Source of the DNA: an uncultured Gammaproteobacteria bacterium
GTDB lineage: Bacteria > Patescibacteriota > Microgenomatia > Levybacterales > UBA12049
Assembly (NCBI GenBank): GCA_964553245.1
Contig: CAZKJM010000001.1
Coordinates: 209,806 to 273,805, forward strand
Direction of reading: 5' to 3'
DNA: 64,000 nucleotides
This document shows positions 58,518 through 64,000 of this stretch, one piece after another. The position numbers were made by a program, and so were the translations under genes. Below the pieces are notes generated by a model, which was given only the letters and a program-made list of their open reading frames with translations, was not told the DNA's origin and made no database searches. Position 1 is the stretch's first letter. Each line of letters opens with the position of its first letter.

Positions 58518-58599
58518 CCAACAAAGTTTTTTTCTTAGCGCTCGATTATGTAGCCAAAATCACCTCCATGTGCATTTTTTAGCTTCTTTGATAGTCCTA

Positions 58600-58628
58600 A
58601 TTATATAATGTAACGAGCCTGAATGCAA
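58600..58628 (-). promoter_or_regulatory. sigma70-type promoter TTGCAT-17-TATAAT inside the rpsJ-rplC spacer
   Basis: Minus-strand -35 at 58623-58628, -10 at 58600-58605, exact 17-nt spacer. Confidence 0.55.
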
Positions 58629-58703
58629 TAGGAATAAGAAAGAGTTTTGTGATTAGAAAACTTAGGAAAAAATTATTAACCCTTGATCATTAATAATTAG
58701 AAG

Positions 58704-59012
58704 CTACATCTTTATTTCGATGTTAATACCTGCGGGGAGTTCCAGATGAGTTAAGCTATCTATTGTTTTATCTGTTGGAGACATAATGTCAATTAATCTT
58801 TTGTGAACTTTCATTTCAAAATGATCTCTTGCATTTTTATCTATGAACGGAGATTGATTTACTGCGTACACTGTTCTTTTTGTAGGTAGGGGAATCGGAC
58901 CAACAACTTTAGCTCCGGTCCTTATGGCCGTATCTAATATCTGTTGGCAACAAAGGTCAATTACCCTTGCGTCATAACTTTTTAAACGTACTCTAATTCT
59001 TCCTTTTGGCAT
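58704..59012 (-). CDS. rpsJ: 30S ribosomal protein S10
   Basis: MPKGRIRVRLKSYDARVID start. Confidence 0.95.
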   Translation of the reverse strand: MPKGRIRVRLKSYDARVIDLCCQQILDTAIRTGAKVVGPIPLPTKRTVYAVNQSPFIDKNARDHFEMKVHKRLIDIMSPTDKTIDSLTHLELPAGINIEIKM

Positions 59013-59072
59013 TTTATTACAATAATAAATTCAAATTATACAATATTGAGACTTTTTACGCAAACAAGAGGT

Positions 59073-60254
59073 TTAAGCAATTATTTTACTGATTACTCCT
59101 GCTCCAACGGTTTTTCCGCCCTCTCTGACTGCAAACCTGAGTCCTTCCTCAAGAGCGATTGGGGCAATTAACTTTGCAGTAACTTTTGTGCTGTCACCAG
59201 GCATTACCATTTCTACTCCTTGTGGAAGCGTTACCTCTCCTGTTACATCTGTTGTTTGGATGTAAAACTGTGGCCTGTAACCTGTAAAGAATGGTGTATG
59301 TCGTCCGCCCTCTTCTTTGCTTAAAATGTATATTTCTGCTTCAAATTCTTTATGAGGTGTTATGCTACCCGGTTTTGCAATAACTTGTCCTCTTTCTATA
59401 TCTGCTTTTTCTACTCCTCTTAATAATAATCCAACATTATCTCCTGCTTGACCTTCATCAAGAGATTTCCTAAACATTTCCACTCCTGTTACTACTGTTG
59501 ATTTCGTTGCTTTTAATCCTACTATTTCCACTGTTTCATTTACTTTAACTTTTCCTCTCGAAACTCTTCCTGTTGCAACTGTTCCTCTTCCTTTTATTGA
59601 AAATACGTCTTCTACCGGCATTAAGAATGGTTTTTCCGTGTCTCTTGTTGGAGTTGGAATATAACTATCAACCGCATCCATTAATGCCAATATTTGTTTT
59701 TCCTGTTCCGGATCTCCTTCTATTGCTTTAAGAGCTGATCCCTTAATAATTGGTATTTCATTACCCGGATACTTGTATTTTGTTAATAGTTCTCTTACTT
59801 CCATTTCTACCAAATCCAAAAGCTCTGGATCGGATACCATGTCTGTTTTGTTTAAGAAAACAACCATTGCAGGAACTCCTACCTGACTTGCTAATAAAAT
59901 ATGTTCTCTTGTTTGTGGCATTGGACCATCTGCTGCAGAAACTACCAATATTGATCCGTCCATTTGAGCCGCACCTGTAATCATATTTTTTATATAATCT
60001 GCGTGACCCGGAGCATCAATATGAGCATAATGTCTTTTATCTGTTTCGTATTCTATGTGAGCAATATTAATGGTTACCCCTCTTGCTTTTTCTTCTGGAG
60101 CATTATCAATATCTTCGTATTTTTGGGCTTTTGCCTTTCCGGACTTTGCCAACACTGTTGTAATAGCTGATGTTAACGTTGTTTTACCATGGTCTACGTG
60201 ACCAATGGTTCCAATATTAACGTGTGGTTTTGTTCTTTCAAATTTATCTGCCAT
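59073..60254 (-). CDS. tuf: elongation factor Tu
   Basis: [23 protein letters not shown] GTPase motifs; 393 aa. Confidence 0.97.
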   Translation of the reverse strand: MADKFERTKPHVNIGTIGHVDHGKTTLTSAITTVLAKSGKAKAQKYEDIDNAPEEKARGVTINIAHIEYETDKRHYAHIDAPGHADYIKNMITGAAQMDGSILVVSAADGPMPQTREHILLASQVGVPAMVVFLNKTDMVSDPELLDLVEMEVRELLTKYKYPGNEIPIIKGSALKAIEGDPEQEKQILALMDAVDSYIPTPTRDTEKPFLMPVEDVFSIKGRGTVATGRVSRGKVKVNETVEIVGLKATKSTVVTGVEMFRKSLDEGQAGDNVGLLLRGVEKADIERGQVIAKPGSITPHKEFEAEIYILSKEEGGRHTPFFTGYRPQFYIQTTDVTGEVTLPQGVEMVMPGDSTKVTAKLIAPIALEEGLRFAVREGGKTVGAGVISKIIA

Positions 60255-60336
60255 ATATCAATTTATTCAAAAAAAATAACCCGTTTAAGGTTAAATACAA
60301 TATACAATACTTTTAAAGAATCGTCAATACCCTTTT

Positions 60337-60717
60337 TTAAGTTCTTTGTTTTTTTCTGAAATCGTCTAATCTAAGCACATTTCTTTTTAATACATCCGGA
60401 TTTTGTGCAATTAACTTTGCTTGCGTATTCCAAACACCTTCTTCGTTTGGATCAATTCCTAAATCAAAAACGCTCATTGATGTTTTAATTTCTTCCCCGT
60501 TTACCACTGCTTCTATGTCTATAAACCAACCATACTCACCCTGCTTTTTATAAGGAGCTTTTGTAAGCCTAAAAGGATTACGACTAAATTCACCGACTTT
60601 AAACAAATAATTTTCTCCTTCAACCAATTGAGTTTTATCTATTACTTGATTTTCTATCGGTTTTGGTTTTTGAAAAGAAAAAATATCCATTCCCTCTTTT
60701 CCTGTTTTTTCTTCCAT
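60337..60717 (-). CDS. hypothetical protein
   Basis: 126 aa; no recognisable motif. Confidence 0.4.
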   Translation of the reverse strand: MEEKTGKEGMDIFSFQKPKPIENQVIDKTQLVEGENYLFKVGEFSRNPFRLTKAPYKKQGEYGWFIDIEAVVNGEEIKTSMSVFDLGIDPNEEGVWNTQAKLIAQNPDVLKRNVLRLDDFRKKQRT

Positions 60718-60732
60718 CTTTTAAGTTATGCT

Positions 60733-61899
60733 TTAAATTTTCCTGAATGTTTTACCATAGTAAAGAATTATTAATGCTAAAACAGCCATTATTGAACCGA
60801 AATAAAAGGTCGCTGACGGCGAAATCTTTGTCCAAAGCAGTCCTCCTATAAATGAAGCAAAAAACTGGCAAATTGCGATTCCGGATTGATAAATTCCAAA
60901 ATAAGTTCCTGAATTTTTCTCGGTAATAAACCTTGCTATATATGCTTTAGAAACTCCATCTGTAAAAGCAATATAAAGTCCGTAAACAGGAAAAATTATC
61001 CATATAAGCTTTGATGTCGTTATGAAACCTAAAAGAAAATAAACAATTGCAAATACCAAGATTCCCATCCCGAAAACTTTTCTTGCACCAATTTTATCTG
61101 CCAATTGCCCTGCGGGCGTAGCAAATAAAGTTTGCACTGTATTGTAAAGAACATAGGTAAGCGTTACAAAAATTGTTGTTAAGCCAAGGTCTTTTGCTCT
61201 TAATAAAATAAATGCGTCAGAGCTGTTTCCTAAAGCAAAAACGAAACTTATAATTAGAAAAAGTTTTAACCTTGGACTTAAATTTCTCCACTTAAAATTT
61301 ATTTTTACTTTTTTATTTTTTGAAGCCGGTCTTTTTTCCTTAACAAAAAGAATTAATAAAACTACGCCTATAACAGAAGGTATTAATGCCAAGAAAAATA
61401 CAATCCTAATATTATCTTTAAAAAATAACAATAAAACCATTGCCAAAAGTGGTCCGATTACTGCTCCGAATGAATCCATTGCTCTATGGAACCCAAAAAT
61501 ATATCCTTTATTTTTTTTGGTGGTGCTTTGAAGTAAAATCGAATCGCGGGCAGAAGTTCTAATTCCCTTACCAAGTCTGTCTATAAATTTGGCGAATAAA
61601 ACAAAAACCCAGGAGCTGGCGAGTCCGATTAAAAGCTTTGATAAAGCTCCAAAGCCATAACCCCATACAACAAAAATCTTTCTTTTTTTCTTTTTATCGG
61701 AAACATAGCCAGAAACAAACTTCATAATACTAGCCGTTCCCTCTGCAATTCCTTCTATTAAACCGACTAAGCTAACAGGAGCTCCTAATATTGTTGTTAA
61801 AAAAATAGGAACAATGGGGTAAATCATTTCCGAGGCAATATCATTAAAAAAACTTATCAATCCAAGAAGATATACATTACCCGGAATTTTTTTAAACAT
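60733..61899 (-). CDS. MFS-family transporter
   Basis: 388 aa; about 12 TM helices. Confidence 0.7.
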   Translation of the reverse strand: MFKKIPGNVYLLGLISFFNDIASEMIYPIVPIFLTTILGAPVSLVGLIEGIAEGTASIMKFVSGYVSDKKKKRKIFVVWGYGFGALSKLLIGLASSWVFVLFAKFIDRLGKGIRTSARDSILLQSTTKKNKGYIFGFHRAMDSFGAVIGPLLAMVLLLFFKDNIRIVFFLALIPSVIGVVLLILFVKEKRPASKNKKVKINFKWRNLSPRLKLFLIISFVFALGNSSDAFILLRAKDLGLTTIFVTLTYVLYNTVQTLFATPAGQLADKIGARKVFGMGILVFAIVYFLLGFITTSKLIWIIFPVYGLYIAFTDGVSKAYIARFITEKNSGTYFGIYQSGIAICQFFASFIGGLLWTKISPSATFYFGSIMAVLALIILYYGKTFRKI

Positions 61900-61902
61900 A
61901 AA

Positions 61903-62529
61903 TTACCAATTTTCCGTAATATTTATATCAAATTTTTTTAGTTCTTGATATAGGGAAAATATTGGAAGACCAACAATGTTAAAATAATCCCCTTTTACTT
62001 CTTTTATAAACATCCCCGCTTTATCCTGTATAGCATAAGCTCCGGCTTTATCTAAAACTTTACTTGAATAAACATAAGCCTTTATTTCCTGATCTGATAA
62101 ATCTTTAAAAGTAACTTTGGTTGTAACTGCTTTTGTAATTTGTTTTTTTGTTTTTGAATCAATAATTGTAAAACCGGTAATAACAAGGTGTGTTTTTCCG
62201 CTTAATTTTTTTAAGATTTCTATAGCATTCTCCAATGAATCTGGTTTTCCTATAATTTCATTTTTTAAAACAACTATCGTATCTGCGCCAATAACTATTG
62301 CATTTTTATTGTTTATTGCAACTGCTTTTGCTTTTTTTCTTGATAGAATTTTTACAAAATCCACAGGGGAAGTACTAGCGTTTTTTTCTTCAACATTGCT
62401 GACAATTATTTTAAATCTTAGACCGATCTGTTTTAATAATTCTTTTCTTCTCGGAGAATTCGAAGCTAATATAATCTTTTTTTTTAAAGCCACCGTCAAG
62501 ATTTTATAATTAAGTTTTTTATAAATCAA
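61903..62529 (-). CDS. maf: Maf-like nucleoside triphosphate pyrophosphatase (septum-formation protein Maf)
   Basis: IILASNSPRRKELL N-terminal motif; 208 aa including a possible about 17-aa N-terminal over-extension. Confidence 0.8.
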   Translation of the reverse strand: MIYKKLNYKILTVALKKKIILASNSPRRKELLKQIGLRFKIIVSNVEEKNASTSPVDFVKILSRKKAKAVAINNKNAIVIGADTIVVLKNEIIGKPDSLENAIEILKKLSGKTHLVITGFTIIDSKTKKQITKAVTTKVTFKDLSDQEIKAYVYSSKVLDKAGAYAIQDKAGMFIKEVKGDYFNIVGLPIFSLYQELKKFDINITENW

Positions 62530-62533
62530 TAAG

Positions 62534-63064
62534 TTATTTTATTTGATGTTTTATAACTGTTTCGAATTTGTCAAAAATTTTTTCTTTGGAAAGCTTACCT
62601 AGCTCTCTTACAGCAACCTGATCTGTCCCCAAATCATAATCTATAAATTCCCTGTCTCCAAAAAGAGCACCTATTAATTCTCTTGTTACAACACGTGCTC
62701 CTAAATTATCCCTACCCTTGCTTGTTGCCGGTGTATACCAAAATCCAAATCTGTTTTCTGAACCAAGGCTTCTTATGGAAATAGCAAACCTATTGTCTCT
62801 ATCAAAGCTTAACTGCCAATTTTTTTGATCCGGGACAAAACGGGCAAATTTAGTAATTTTTACCAAATCGGATATTAATGCGAAATTTCCCAAAGCTCCA
62901 TCGTAAGTATTTTTGGAAACAACCGATAAATCTTCACCAGAATCAATAATTTGCTGTTTTTTTCTTTGCAACTCCAATAAGCTTGTTAATGCAAGTTCCG
63001 ATTGTGAAAGCGAAATTTTTTCCTGCTTTTCCCAATCAAATATTTCTTTACTCATATTGCGCAA
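62534..63064 (-). CDS. hypothetical protein
   Basis: 176 aa; no recognisable motif. Confidence 0.4.
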   Translation of the reverse strand: MRNMSKEIFDWEKQEKISLSQSELALTSLLELQRKKQQIIDSGEDLSVVSKNTYDGALGNFALISDLVKITKFARFVPDQKNWQLSFDRDNRFAISIRSLGSENRFGFWYTPATSKGRDNLGARVVTRELIGALFGDREFIDYDLGTDQVAVRELGKLSKEKIFDKFETVIKHQIK

Positions 63065-63118
63065 AAAATTATAGCGGGATTCCGATGATTTATCAACTAT
63101 AGGGTTATTGTGTCTTAT

Positions 63119-64000
63119 TTACCCTCTTTCAACTCTACCTGTAAACGTAGACTTGGCAAGCATTTGCTCAACGATATTTTTTGGAACTTCCTCGTAATGA
63201 GACGGCTCCATATAGTAAGATGCTCTTCCTTGAGACATTGATCTTAATGCAGTTGCGTATCCGGAAAGTTCTGCCAAGGGAACCATTCCTAAAACAATTG
63301 TTGCTCTTCCTCTTTCTTCTGTTCCCATAATCTGTGCTCTCTTTGAAGAAAGATCACCAATTACATCTCCCATAAACTCAGATGGGGTTGTAACTTCAAC
63401 TTTCATAATTGGCTCTAATAAAGCCAACTCTGCTTTTTTACAGGCTGCCTGCAAAGCTTGAGAAGCTGCAATCTTAAATGCAACATCAGATGAATCAACT
63501 TCGTGATAAGAACCATCGTAACAGGTAACCTTCATATCAACAACCGGATATCCAAGTAATATTCCGTTTTCCATCGTTTCCTTAACTCCTTTTTGAATAG
63601 AAGTAACAAACTCTGTCGGAATTGCTCCACCCTTAATTGCATCAATGAATTCATATCCTTCCCCTCGTGGAGCAGGCTCAACCCTAAGCCAACAATGACC
63701 GTACTGACCTCTTCCTCCTGATTGTCTGATATATTTTCCTTCTCCTTCTGCTTGAAGTTTAATTGTTTCTTTATAAGCAACTTGAGGCGCTCCAATGTTT
63801 GCTTCTACATTAAATTCTCTTTTCATTCTGTCTACCATAACCTCAAGCTGGAGCTCTCCCATCCCAGCAATAATTGTCTGGCTTGTTTCGTGATTAACTT
63901 TAATTGTGAAAGTCGGATCTTCTTCGGATAGCCTCTTTAATGCATAACCAAGTTTTTCCTGATCAGCTTTTGTTTTTGGTTCGATTGCCAAAGAAATAAC
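63119..64000 (-). CDS. fusA: elongation factor G, C-terminal part (domains III-V); N-terminus lies beyond window end
   Basis: [27 protein letters not shown]...GMGELQLEV; reading frame stays open to position 64000. Confidence 0.9.
   Translation of the reverse strand, partial: VISLAIEPKTKADQEKLGYALKRLSEEDPTFTIKVNHETSQTIIAGMGELQLEVMVDRMKREFNVEANIGAPQVAYKETIKLQAEGEGKYIRQSGGRGQYGHCWLRVEPAPRGEGYEFIDAIKGGAIPTEFVTSIQKGVKETMENGILLGYPVVDMKVTCYDGSYHEVDSSDVAFKIAASQALQAACKKAELALLEPIMKVEVTTPSEFMGDVIGDLSSKRAQIMGTEERGRATIVLGMVPLAELSGYATALRSMSQGRASYYMEPSHYEEVPKNIVEQMLAKSTFTGRVERG

Noticed and set aside
58540-58575. Mini-ORF ATGCACATGGAGGTGATTTTGGCTACATAA in the rpsJ-rplC leader
   Set aside because: The GGAGGTGA it contains is not followed by a start codon at SD distance; the ORF has no SD of its own and is likely fortuitous.

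Overview
This is an AT-rich (roughly one-third GC) bacterial chromosomal window, assigned by eye from the ORF translations and raw sequence without database searches. Its gene content looks like a Candidate Phyla Radiation (CPR/Patescibacteria) genome. The signals are small proteins, very strong GGAGGTGA Shine-Dalgarno (SD) sites, an S5-L15 junction with no room for L30, a class I lysyl-tRNA synthetase, and streamlined tRNA t6A-modification genes. Coordinates 1-13,100 (minus strand) carry one long co-directional run: nucleotide-sugar genes (gmd, rmd-like, ugd, rfbD, rfbB, a NUDIX hydrolase, rfbA), a membrane CAP-domain protein, a TsaC-TsaB fusion with tsaE, a lamin-tail-domain surface protein, and an ftsE-ftsX-M23 peptidase module. 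The M23 domain of that peptidase appears circularly permuted. The middle holds prfB, an NRAMP transporter, uppP, degV, secA (with an upstream poly-lysine mini-ORF plus hairpins), serS, class I lysK, acs, greA, a cell-envelope cluster (solute-binding protein/VanW/cytidylyltransferase/DUF192), tsaD, rmuC, a UvrD-type helicase fused to a Cas4-like Fe-S nuclease, and an RNase P RNA with twinned hairpin inserts. It continues with hup, rny, recX, an unknown ORF, recA, tRNA-Pro and uppS. Coordinates 42.3-64 kb (minus strand) hold the ribosomal-protein/secY/adk/map/infA/rpoA cluster. Notable points there are an adenylate kinase fused to a second kinase domain, Zn-ribbon and acidic-tail extensions on ribosomal proteins, and repeated 'promoter, then hairpin plus U-run, then start codon' leaders. 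The usual fusA-tuf adjacency is broken by a four-gene insertion. No rRNA, CRISPR array or mobile element is visible.
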